The translations under genes were made by a program, and so were the position numbers. 51,537 nucleotides of DNA from the IMG/VR virus record IMGVR_UViG_3300045988_148326, positions 1-51,537 of that record; one strand, given 5' to 3'. This document shows positions 9,598-17,390 of this stretch, one piece after another; the stretch's first letter is position 1, and each line of letters begins with the position of its first letter. The notes below the pieces were generated by a model. The model searched no databases, had not been told where the DNA came from, and saw only the letters and a program-made list of their open reading frames with translations. The DNA comes from a virus.

Positions 9598-9918
9598 ATG
9601 GGAAGAAATGGTAAAAAAGCTCCAGTATTTCTGGAAATGGTAAAATTTGTTAACGATAATGTTGGCAAAGTAGTAAGTTCAAAAGAAATTTTGCTTGGTA
9701 AAGAGCCAGGTAGAAACTCAGAAACCGCGTATCTTTATAAGCTTGTAAAACTTGGATATATAGAGCCTGTAGACGATAATAGCTTTGTGAAAGATAAAAC
9801 AGCAAGCTTTAAGGTGATAAAAGAATTTCCTAAACATTACAATTCTGTTATGTTTATGGATGAACTGAGAGTGGCAAATGGGTATATACCAGATAATCAT
9901 AAACGTAAAGTATATTGA
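9598..9918 (+). CDS. Hypothetical protein (possible winged-helix)
   Basis: 106-aa ORF abutting the helicase stop. No diagnostic motif. Confidence 0.5.
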   Translation: MGRNGKKAPVFLEMVKFVNDNVGKVVSSKEILLGKEPGRNSETAYLYKLVKLGYIEPVDDNSFVKDKTASFKVIKEFPKHYNSVMFMDELRVANGYIPDNHKRKVY

Positions 9919-9919
9919 T

Positions 9920-10294
9920 ATGAAAGCAATAGAAAGTCAAGTAGGCGGAAGCCATTACAAGGATATGGCTTTTCAGCCAATAGAGCTAATAGCTGCTCTT
10001 AGATGTTCTTTTATCCAAGGCTGTATAATAAAATATATCAGTAGATATAAGAATAAAAATGGCGCTCAGGATATAAAGAAATGCATCCACTATGCGCAAT
10101 TAGCTATTGAGCTGGATGACAAAAGAAGATGTAATGACAAGGCTTTATCTATGAATATAAACAAGTATATTCTTAAGAATAAGCTCACTATACTTCAACG
10201 GAGAATAATAACTCAAGCAGTATATAATAATTATATTCAGGTTATTCAATACTGCAAAGAACTGCTGCAGTTGGAATACCCAGAAAATGTATAA
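9920..10294 (+). CDS. DUF3310-like phage protein (track ORF 9878..10294, trimmed to the ATG at 9920)
   Basis: MKAIESQVGGSHYK...QPIELI...IKYISRYKNKNGAQDIKKCIHY matches the GGSHY / IKYI.R signature of DUF3310. The ATG at 9920 follows the upstream stop at 9916..9918. Confidence 0.7.
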   Translation: MKAIESQVGGSHYKDMAFQPIELIAALRCSFIQGCIIKYISRYKNKNGAQDIKKCIHYAQLAIELDDKRRCNDKALSMNINKYILKNKLTILQRRIITQAVYNNYIQVIQYCKELLQLEYPENV

Positions 10295-10367
10295 TGCGCG
10301 GCCAAGTTAAGAAGTGTTAAATATGTAATTTTTATGAGGAAAAATTTTCTATTCTCGGAGAAAATTA

Positions 10368-10401
10368 GTATATTTGCATATCTAAATAAAGATAATAAAA
10401 T
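10368..10401 (+). promoter_or_regulatory. Second copy of the early promoter/leader box (-7 element TATATTTG at 10369..10376)
   Basis: GTATATTTGCATATCTAAATAAAGATAATAAAAT, 31/34 identical to 27..60. It ends in the ATG at 10400. Confidence 0.55.
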
Positions 10402-10642
10402 GGACAAGAAAAGAACCTTTCAGCAAATAGCCAAAGATATAAAGTCAACATGGCTTAATGTATATTTTGGCGCAGTGCCTTATTTAGAAGCAATGCTAAC
10501 ACTTGATACTTCAGATTCGAATGCTATGTATTTTTATGATACTGCAGGAGATATTGTTAGATACTTCTTAGCTAATGCTCAAACATTTAGAGGAGCGGAT
10601 GCAAGAAGATTAAAAGAAGAACTTAAAAATTTAGTAGTGTAA
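10400..10642 (+). CDS. Hypothetical protein (track ORF 10334..10642, trimmed to the ATG at 10400 because the promoter box lies inside the longer ORF)
   Basis: MDKKRTFQQIAKDIKSTWLNVYFGAVPYLEAML...; the start sits at the end of the duplicated leader. Confidence 0.55.
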   Translation: MDKKRTFQQIAKDIKSTWLNVYFGAVPYLEAMLTLDTSDSNAMYFYDTAGDIVRYFLANAQTFRGADARRLKEELKNLVV

Positions 10643-10890
10643 TGAAGAAAATAATTATCGGACTATGTGTTATCATAGTAATACAAGCTTTATGTATTGT
10701 CTATATGAATAGTGCTATAGGCCAAAATACTAAGCATATAGAAGCTTTAGAACAATATACAAAAGCTCAAATATATAAGAAAGATGCACAGCTTTATCTT
10801 ATGAATTCTCAATGGAACAACCCAGAAGTTCATAAGCTATTGGCCGACTCTTGTAAAATGGATTGTATTAACTATAAAAACGGTAAATAA
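10642..10890 (+). CDS. Small membrane-anchored protein
   Basis: N-terminal hydrophobic segment MKKIIIGLCVIIVIQALCIVYM. TAATG overlap with the upstream stop. Confidence 0.55.
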   Translation: MKKIIIGLCVIIVIQALCIVYMNSAIGQNTKHIEALEQYTKAQIYKKDAQLYLMNSQWNNPEVHKLLADSCKMDCINYKNGK

Positions 10891-10892
10891 TC

Positions 10893-11186
10893 ATGGCTAA
10901 CATCTTAGAACAAGCAAATAAAATCGTAAATGAGCGCTCAGAAGAAAAAGAGCGTCAATACGGACCGTTTCAAGCATCAATGGAAAGAGCTGCTGCTCTT
11001 TATAATCTGATGTCACCCAAAGACCAACAAATAACAACTGCTGGTATGTATAGAGCTATGATAGCTCTTAAGTTATCGCGTGAGGCTTATGCACACAAAG
11101 AGGATAATCTTCTTGATGCAGTAGCTTACATGGGCTCTATGAATGACTATCTGGAAGAGCATAAAGATATTTTTAATGACAAATAA
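10893..11186 (+). CDS. Small all-alpha phage protein of the kind often labelled DUF6378; function unknown
   Basis: ANKIVNERSEEKERQYGPFQASMERAAALYN...MIALKLSREAYAHKEDNLLDAVAY resembles that family from memory only. Confidence 0.4.
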   Translation: MANILEQANKIVNERSEEKERQYGPFQASMERAAALYNLMSPKDQQITTAGMYRAMIALKLSREAYAHKEDNLLDAVAYMGSMNDYLEEHKDIFNDK

Positions 11187-11188
11187 TT

Positions 11189-11389
11189 ATGAAGCAGTTT
11201 ATTAAAAATTTTTTAATAGGTTTATGCCTTGCACCTATAGCAATAGTGATAGCATGTGTAATGATTTCGCCTATATTTATTATGATGTATGTGCATAGCG
11301 AATGTATACAAGGGCTACTACTGTTAGTATATATGGCTTTATTATTTGCCGCCATTGTATCGACTATTAACAAACTATCAAAAAAATAA
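11189..11389 (+). CDS. Small two-TM membrane protein
   Basis: FLIGLCLAPIAIVIACVMISPIFIMMY and LLLLVYMALLFAAIVSTI hydrophobic segments. Confidence 0.5.
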   Translation: MKQFIKNFLIGLCLAPIAIVIACVMISPIFIMMYVHSECIQGLLLLVYMALLFAAIVSTINKLSKK

Positions 11390-11421
11390 TAAAGAACTTA
11401 GAGATAAAATTAAAAATAATT

Positions 11422-12243
11422 ATGGCAAAAGTTTATAACACAACAGACCTCAGACCAGACCAGGCATTTGAGCGTCATGTATTCCACAGAGACCAGTTTG
11501 CGCATTATCTGCGATGGACTCATATCTTGAAAGAAGCCAAAATTGGTGAGTCTATTGTTGATTTTGGCTGTGGAGCTGCTAACTTGCTTGAGGTATTATA
11601 CAGAAACAAGTTTAAGCAAAAAGAATATATCGGTATCGATATTCGCGAAAAAACAATTCAAGAAGCAGCTGAGAAGTATGCCAATGTACCTTGGGCTCAT
11701 TTCTATGTTGCTGACCTTGTTAAAAACTACATGGATTTCAGCAAGTTTAATGCTGACAAAGTCTGCGCTTTTGAAGTGCTTGAGCACGTTGGCAAACAGA
11801 ATGCAGATGCATTTTTGGAGAACTTTAAGGCTTGTGGCAATAATAACGCTACTTATTACCTTTCAACTCCAAACTATGACCCATCTGTAGGAGCAGCTGG
11901 TAATCATACTTATGACTCAGGTGATGGTCGCGGAGTTGATGTGCAAGAGTTTGACCATTGGGAACTCGAAGGCATATTGTTGAAGCATTTCAACATAGTA
12001 AAGAAGTTCGGTACATTTGCTTCAGCTAAAGACTATAAGCCACTGATGAACGATTGGCAACAGAAAATGTTTGATGCTCTTAAAGAGTATTATGACTCAA
12101 ACCTCATTGCCAATATCATGGCTCCTATGTTCCCAGATGCTTCACGTAATACTCTTTGGGTATTAAAGCGTAAGCCGGGAGATGTAAAAGTTGCTCCTAA
12201 AGCCACTGAGCAACCAAGTTTATTCGATGACGATTTAATGTAA
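11422..12243 (+). CDS. Class I SAM-dependent methyltransferase (small-molecule/UbiG-like appearance; substrate unknown)
   Basis: Motif I IVDFGCGAANLL, acidic motif II YIGIDI and AFEVLEHV. No (D/N/S)PP(Y/F) or PC-type DNA methyltransferase motif seen. Confidence 0.75.
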   Translation: MAKVYNTTDLRPDQAFERHVFHRDQFAHYLRWTHILKEAKIGESIVDFGCGAANLLEVLYRNKFKQKEYIGIDIREKTIQEAAEKYANVPWAHFYVADLVKNYMDFSKFNADKVCAFEVLEHVGKQNADAFLENFKACGNNNATYYLSTPNYDPSVGAAGNHTYDSGDGRGVDVQEFDHWELEGILLKHFNIVKKFGTFASAKDYKPLMNDWQQKMFDALKEYYDSNLIANIMAPMFPDASRNTLWVLKRKPGDVKVAPKATEQPSLFDDDLM

Positions 12244-12280
12244 CAGATATGTTGAACTTAATTGCTAATTTGGCATCATT

Positions 12281-12655
12281 ATGAAAAGTTTAATTTCAGT
12301 AACTCCAAGAGAGTTTAAACGTAACTTCAATGAAGTAATGGAAATGTGCACAGATATGTGCATGACAACCAATCAGGAGATTATTATCACTGTTCCTACG
12401 AGCAGAAAGTCAAATACTCATGCAGAAATAGCCAAGCTTATTCCTGTAGAAGGAGGTATTAAGTATGAGTACAATAAAGAACTTATGGATAAGCATGGCA
12501 TTAACGCTTCTAATCCTAAGCTTTCAAAAATTGGAGCTATCATGGCTGATGCTTTTGAAAAAGAAGGAGTTTACAGCCTTATAAGTCCAGAAGTTGAACA
12601 TAGACTTGCTAGAGCTGTAGAAACAGCAGCTAAGGAACTTGTTAAAATGATGTAG
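12281..12655 (+). CDS. Hypothetical protein
   Basis: 124-aa ORF with no recognisable motif. Confidence 0.5.
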   Translation: MKSLISVTPREFKRNFNEVMEMCTDMCMTTNQEIIITVPTSRKSNTHAEIAKLIPVEGGIKYEYNKELMDKHGINASNPKLSKIGAIMADAFEKEGVYSLISPEVEHRLARAVETAAKELVKMM

Positions 12656-12657
12656 TC

Positions 12658-13152
12658 ATGAAATTTGCAAAAATAAGAAATGTAAAGTCCCCTGTTCGTG
12701 GGACTGGTAAAGCAGCAGGAATTGATTTTTTCGTTCCTAACTTTGGCAGTAACAAAGGCTTTATTGTAAATCCAGGAACTGATGTTTTGATACCATCAGG
12801 TATTAAGATGGAAATTCCAGAAGGATATATGCTTATGGCAGCTGATAAATCAGGAGTTGTAACTTCTAAATGGGCTTGCCTTGGAGCTGGTAGAACACCA
12901 AAAGCAGAAGCATTTGAAAGCATCGTTATCCTCGGAGCTAAGATTGTAGATGAAGATTACCAAGGTGAAATTCATATACATGTTGTTAATGTCGGCAAAG
13001 CCAAGGTCCACATTAAGCCAGGTATGAAAATAGCACAATTTATTCTTGTGCCTGTATCGTATGAAGGTCTTGAAGAAGTTTCTGAGTCAGAGCTTTTCAG
13101 CCGTTCATCTGAGCGTGGTGATGGAGCACTCGGGTCTACTGGGTCATACTAA
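12658..13152 (+). CDS. Trimeric dUTPase-fold dNTP pyrophosphatase (dUTPase; dCTPase activity cannot be excluded)
   Basis: All five dUTPase motifs are present: AAGIDFF, ADKSGV (K in place of the usual R), IVDEDYQGEI, GMKIAQFIL and RGDGALGSTG. Confidence 0.85.
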   Translation: MKFAKIRNVKSPVRGTGKAAGIDFFVPNFGSNKGFIVNPGTDVLIPSGIKMEIPEGYMLMAADKSGVVTSKWACLGAGRTPKAEAFESIVILGAKIVDEDYQGEIHIHVVNVGKAKVHIKPGMKIAQFILVPVSYEGLEEVSESELFSRSSERGDGALGSTGSY

Positions 13153-13173
13153 AAATAATTAAATTTTAAAATT

Positions 13174-13629
13174 ATGGCTAAATTTATTGGAGTTAAAATG
13201 ATTGAAGCTACTCCTATGAGAGCTTCTATGGCTTTAAGTGCAGGTTATAAAATTGGTAATGCTCATCCAGATGATATGGGTTATGAAGTAACTTATCCTG
13301 ATGGATATAAATCTTGGAGTCCTGCTAAAGAGTTTGAGAAAGCTTATTATAAACTTGAAGACCCTACTGGAGATACTCTTAAAGTAAATGATATTAAGAG
13401 ATTTATTAGTAATATTGAAAATGTAAAAGTTGGTACTAAAACAACTAATACTACTCTTACTTGTCTTACTGGATTTGAGGTTCATGGTCAAGCAGCTTGT
13501 GTAAAACCTGAAAACTTTGATTTAAATGTTGGTTCTAATTATGCTCGAATTAAAGCTGAAGATAAAATTTGGGAAGGTCTTGGATTTGTTCTTCAGTGGG
13601 CAAAATATGGACTAACATTCAATGAATAA
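13174..13629 (+). CDS. Conserved-looking hypothetical phage protein
   Basis: N-terminus FIGVKMIEATPM...GYEVTYPDGYKSWSPAKEFEKAYY resembles a widespread small phage domain of unknown function. Confidence 0.55.
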   Translation: MAKFIGVKMIEATPMRASMALSAGYKIGNAHPDDMGYEVTYPDGYKSWSPAKEFEKAYYKLEDPTGDTLKVNDIKRFISNIENVKVGTKTTNTTLTCLTGFEVHGQAACVKPENFDLNVGSNYARIKAEDKIWEGLGFVLQWAKYGLTFNE

Positions 13630-13642
13630 TCAATTTATTCAC

Positions 13643-13729
13643 TATTCTCGCGCGCGATATTGCACTTTAAGTATGAAGCAAAAGATTTATATTCAGAAAA
13701 ACAGGTGGGCTCTAAGACGCGCGAGAATA
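13643..13729. promoter_or_regulatory. 12-bp perfect inverted repeat TATTCTCGCGCG / CGCGCGAGAATA with a 63-nt spacer, in the intergenic gap
   Basis: 13643..13654 and 13718..13729 are exact reverse complements. Both arms contain the ATTCTCGC/GCGAGAAT motif. Confidence 0.6.
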
Positions 13730-13743
13730 TAACTTTAAAGATT

Positions 13744-14187
13744 ATGGCAGAAATTCCTCAAATAATTAATACAAGCCAGTTTCTTAGGTTCGCAGCTGTA
13801 TATGCTAACAAGTTCAAAGCGAATAAAGGATATGGCAGATGGCTTGCAGAGTACGAGCACATGGATAAAGCCGGTATGTTTAAACCAGAAAATATAAGAG
13901 AACAGTATATAAAAATACTCAATGGCACGAGCCGGTTATCTTATATATACTGGGATGCGGTACACTATATTTGTATACAAGCTCTTGATGCCGCTAAGGC
14001 TTTTGCTTCTGCAAACTCATTTGATGTTAGAGTTATAACTGGCGAAATTGCAGTAAATGATAACGACGAAGAACTTACATGCTTATCTATGGAAGAAGCA
14101 ATAAGTATTTGCAATGCCATGAATGAGGAAGCTGAAGAATTGTTGTTTAGAGTTTATAACAGTAACACTAATAAAATAGTTAAATGA
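13744..14187 (+). CDS. Hypothetical protein (track ORF starts at TTG 13660; first in-frame ATG at 13744 preferred)
   Basis: The TTG-started extension would run through the inverted-repeat element. MAEIPQIINTSQFLRF... starts right after it. Confidence 0.5.
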   Translation: MAEIPQIINTSQFLRFAAVYANKFKANKGYGRWLAEYEHMDKAGMFKPENIREQYIKILNGTSRLSYIYWDAVHYICIQALDAAKAFASANSFDVRVITGEIAVNDNDEELTCLSMEEAISICNAMNEEAEELLFRVYNSNTNKIVK

Positions 14188-14188
14188 T

Positions 14189-14365
14189 ATGGCAAAGTAT
14201 ATAGAAGATAAAGTTCACATTGAAAGTCCGATGGATTTAGAAGCTGAATTATGTAAATATAATTGCAAAACTGAAAAAGAACTTGATGAGCTTCTTTGGT
14301 ATGATTATGGAGTTGCACTTATATTAGATTATAAATATAAAGATAAAGAAGAGAATAACGTATGA
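14189..14365 (+). CDS. Small hypothetical protein (58 aa, below the ORF-track cutoff)
   Basis: Hand translation MAKYIEDKVHIESPMDLEAELCKYNCKTEKELDELLWYDYGVALILDYKYKDKEENNV. Its stop overlaps the next start (ATGA at 14362..14365). Confidence 0.45.
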   Translation: MAKYIEDKVHIESPMDLEAELCKYNCKTEKELDELLWYDYGVALILDYKYKDKEENNV

Positions 14366-15042
14366 ACATAGCTTATAAAAATGCTACTGAGGCTTTTGAA
14401 GACCTATATGCTTTTATTATGGGCCAAGGAGTAAATACTAATGTTGGAACAAAAGCTGTTTACAATGTTGGTTTTTATTTACTTAATCCTCAGCAACGTG
14501 TCATAACAACAGAATGGCGTAAATTTAGCGAACGATATGCAGAGCGCGAATATGCCTGGTATATGTCTGGAGATAGGAGTGTAGCTGAAATTAAAAAGCA
14601 TGCTCCTATGTGGGATAAAATGCATGGTGGAGATAACATTGTCAATTCTAATTATGGATGGCAGTGGACTCGCAATCACCAATTGGCAAAGTGCATTAAA
14701 CAGCTTAAAGAGAATAAAGATACTCGTCAAGCTTGGTTTACTATATTTGATGGTAAAGAAAAAGATGACTATGAATATGATACACCTTGTACACTGTCAG
14801 TCGGATTTGATATTAAGCCTCAAATAGGAACTCTTGATATGTGTGTAACTATGCGAAGCAACGATTTGGTTTATGGTTTTTGCAATGACCAATATTGCTG
14901 GACAAAACTTCAACAATTAGTCGCAGATGAGCTCGGTGTGCCAATAGGCACTTATTACCATTTTGCTCATGATTTGCATATATATAAGAGACATTTCGAT
15001 ATGCAAGAAAAGTATTATAAACAACAACTTAAAAACTTATAA
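14362..15042 (+). CDS. Thymidylate-synthase-fold deoxypyrimidine 5-hydroxymethyltransferase, T4 gp42 (dCMP hydroxymethylase)-like
   Basis: - REYAWYMS matches T4 RELEWYKS.
- VNSNYGW matches INSNYGW.
- DTPCTLS contains the catalytic Cys.
- MRSNDLVYGFCNDQYCW matches MRSNDVVFGFRNDYAWQ, including the specificity Asp.
- LHIYKRHF matches LHVYSRHF.
- The comparison is from memory of the T4 sequence. Confidence 0.8.
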   Translation: MNIAYKNATEAFEDLYAFIMGQGVNTNVGTKAVYNVGFYLLNPQQRVITTEWRKFSERYAEREYAWYMSGDRSVAEIKKHAPMWDKMHGGDNIVNSNYGWQWTRNHQLAKCIKQLKENKDTRQAWFTIFDGKEKDDYEYDTPCTLSVGFDIKPQIGTLDMCVTMRSNDLVYGFCNDQYCWTKLQQLVADELGVPIGTYYHFAHDLHIYKRHFDMQEKYYKQQLKNL

Positions 15043-15044
15043 AA

Positions 15045-15428
15045 ATGAAGCTGGAAGATTTGAAAGTTATTGATATTATTCAAATGCCTGCTTTTGAAGG
15101 TCACGTAAAATTCCTTATGGAAGATTTACGTAAAACAAGAAAAGACCTTGAGTTAAAAGGTGCTCAATTCAAAAGAGGACCAATTGAAAGACTTCAAGAA
15201 AAAAGAGTGTATAATCCTAAAGCCTTAGCTGCTCTTTATGCTAAAGTGCTAGATAAGGATATAGATACAACTGAATATCCTTCTACTCTAAGAACTTTCA
15301 TAAAAGGAATATGCGATGAAGCTTTTCATAGAACTGTTCAGCAGATTAAAGCTGAAGAAGAAACTAAGCAAACAATTCTTATTAAAAAATTGGAAGATGA
15401 ACGAAGAGGAAATACGAAATCTGATTAA
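15045..15428 (+). CDS. Hypothetical protein
   Basis: 127-aa ORF, charged/helical. Confidence 0.5.
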   Translation: MKLEDLKVIDIIQMPAFEGHVKFLMEDLRKTRKDLELKGAQFKRGPIERLQEKRVYNPKALAALYAKVLDKDIDTTEYPSTLRTFIKGICDEAFHRTVQQIKAEEETKQTILIKKLEDERRGNTKSD

Positions 15429-15615
15429 GAGCAAGCTGCAAAATATGAGCAAAGAACAGCTCATAGATATGTTCACCGATATTTGCATGGAAAGTACAGT
15501 AATTAGAAAAATAAATGCTGTAAGTAGCATGCAACGTGTAAATATGCGTATAAATACACAATTTGCTCCACTAAATCAAACATTAAATGAATTATATTAT
15601 GAAAAAGGTTTTTAA
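15397..15615 (+). CDS. Hypothetical small protein (track ORF 15316..15615, trimmed to the ATG at 15397)
   Basis: MNEEEIRNLIKSKLQNMSKEQLIDMF... The longer version would overlap the upstream gene by more than 100 nt. Confidence 0.4.
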   Translation: MNEEEIRNLIKSKLQNMSKEQLIDMFTDICMESTVIRKINAVSSMQRVNMRINTQFAPLNQTLNELYYEKGF

Positions 15616-15796
15616 TAAAATCGCCAAAATCACTTGGCAAATACTGGGAGTAATTTACTTTCCAGCTTATGTAGCATTTTGGTTGCTGCATAAAATAGCA
15701 AGACTCACACTTGCAATCGCATACTTTGGATTGCTTAACAAGCAAGCTGGAAAAGATATAATCAAGTCATTATTTAAGTGGCATGGAAGATATTAA
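15587..15796 (+). CDS. Small membrane protein (alternative start at 15599)
   Basis: Hydrophobic WQILGVIYFPAYVAFWLL and LTLAIAYFGLL segments. Confidence 0.45.
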   Translation: MNYIMKKVFNKIAKITWQILGVIYFPAYVAFWLLHKIARLTLAIAYFGLLNKQAGKDIIKSLFKWHGRY

Positions 15797-16637
15797 GCAA
15801 TATGGAGACTTAACAGAAAAAGAGCTACTCGAATTCATTGCAGAGATTAAAGGTGATGATGAGGATATTGAAGAAGCTCAAGAAGAGGCAAGCGAAAAGA
15901 TTGCCTTAGAAGAAGAGCATACGCAATTATCTGAGTTGCCAGAAAATGCTGAAATCGAAGAATATTATGGAAATGATGCTTGGCGTAAGTTAACAAAAGA
16001 CACTACTTTTCTACATGGTGACGAAGGACAGCGCAAAGCAAGTTTGGCATTAGCAAAAGCTAATAGACAAAAAGCTCAGAGACTTAAGCAAGATAGAATA
16101 CGTATTCAAAGACAGGCATTCAACCAAGAATATATAAGGTTGAGTGACCCTATTGGAAACGAGAATATTAAGCTATTAGTCTCTTTGCTTGTCGAGGAGC
16201 ATACAAGAATGATTGATAAGTATTCTGCTCTTATAAACAAGAGATTAGCCATGCTGCTCAATCCATTCATACCAAGAAGGTTAAGATTATGCAAAATGCT
16301 ATATCCGGACTCAATCCGTATATGTCCTGGCTTTTTATATAGAGCTAGTAAAGAATATGGCAATAATCTTACTTTTTGGGCTATGCCTAACATTCCATAT
16401 TATTTTGCTCAAAATACAGAGCAGAAAATTCTTATGGAACGCAAGCCGGAATTTTTGGTTTCTATTGACAAGTTTATAACCTTTTACCATGAGCATAAAG
16501 ACAAAAGAACTAAAAAGGAACTTAAATATGCTTCACTTATAATACAAAAAGGTGTATATACTTATTTCGATTTGCTGAGATTAAATCCATTCTGGTTTGA
16601 AATATTGTATAACAGTATAATAGAAAAGCTGAAATGA
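15783..16637 (+). CDS. Hypothetical protein with acidic N-terminus, translationally coupled to the response-regulator gene
   Basis: 284 aa. ATGA overlap at 16634..16637 with the downstream gene. Confidence 0.55.
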   Translation: MEDIKQYGDLTEKELLEFIAEIKGDDEDIEEAQEEASEKIALEEEHTQLSELPENAEIEEYYGNDAWRKLTKDTTFLHGDEGQRKASLALAKANRQKAQRLKQDRIRIQRQAFNQEYIRLSDPIGNENIKLLVSLLVEEHTRMIDKYSALINKRLAMLLNPFIPRRLRLCKMLYPDSIRICPGFLYRASKEYGNNLTFWAMPNIPYYFAQNTEQKILMERKPEFLVSIDKFITFYHEHKDKRTKKELKYASLIIQKGVYTYFDLLRLNPFWFEILYNSIIEKLK

Positions 16638-17332
16638 ATAAGCAAATAGGTTTACCAAGAATTTTGGTCTATCAGGACGAAGATTGTAGCGTAATGACAG
16701 ACTATTTACAGTTTTACGGCTTTGAAGTAATTACGTCTACTGAAGCAGATATACTTCACAAAATAAAAGAAGAGAATTATGATTTGTGTATACTCGGACA
16801 CTATAAAACTAGCTTACCTGGTGATTTGAGGTTATTAAAAACTTTGCGTAAAACAGACCGTAGAACACCTGTTATAATGGTATCAGACCAATCTAGATAC
16901 GAGTTTATAATAGATGCTTTTGACGCAGAAGCAGATGATTATATAATCAGGCCATATAACCTCGAAGAGCTAATAAGACGAATAAAGGCAATATTAAGAA
17001 GATGTGGTGTTAAAGTGCGAGCCATTGAGCTATCTTACAAAATTGGTAATTATACATTTGACACAGAGAAAAATACTCTATCAATAAATGGAGTAGAAAC
17101 AAAGCTTACAAATAAAGAAAGCAAAACTCTATCTTTATTGTGTGCCTATAAAAATGAGATACTACCAAAAAAGATACTTATGCAACAAGTATGGACTGAT
17201 GATAATTATTTCAATAAGCGTAGTTTAGACGTCCACATGTGCCTTTTACGTAATTGTCTTAAAATGGATAAACGAATTGTTATTGAAACAAAAAGAGGTA
17301 TCGGTTATTCTCTTGTTGTTAACGAGGAATAA
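16634..17332 (+). CDS. OmpR/PhoB-family response regulator homologue with a degenerate (pseudo-)receiver domain
   Basis: - Receiver: RILVYQDED...YDLCILGHY...VIMVSDQS...ADDYIIRPY.
- Winged helix: LTNKESKTLSLL...QQVW...RSLDVHMCLLRNCL...ETKRGIGYSL.
- The phospho-acceptor Asp position is Gly55 and the conserved Lys is Arg. Confidence 0.85.
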   Translation: MNKQIGLPRILVYQDEDCSVMTDYLQFYGFEVITSTEADILHKIKEENYDLCILGHYKTSLPGDLRLLKTLRKTDRRTPVIMVSDQSRYEFIIDAFDAEADDYIIRPYNLEELIRRIKAILRRCGVKVRAIELSYKIGNYTFDTEKNTLSINGVETKLTNKESKTLSLLCAYKNEILPKKILMQQVWTDDNYFNKRSLDVHMCLLRNCLKMDKRIVIETKRGIGYSLVVNEE

Positions 17333-17337
17333 AAAAT

Positions 17338-17380
17338 AGCGGGAAAATATTTATTTGGTATTCTCCCGCTATATTTTTCT
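17338..17380. terminator. Bidirectional intrinsic terminator between convergent operons
   Basis: AGCGGGAAAATA (17338..17349) pairs with TATTCTCCCGCT (17359..17370), 11 of 12 bp. An A6 run lies on the left and a T5 run on the right. Confidence 0.75.
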
Positions 17381-17390
17381 TGTTAGTAAG

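Noticed and set aside
12658-13152. Calling the dUTPase-fold protein a dedicated dCTPase (T4 gp56 analogue)
   Set aside because: All five canonical dUTPase motifs are present, and base specificity cannot be read from the sequence by eye. It is left as a dUTPase-fold pyrophosphatase with the alternative noted.
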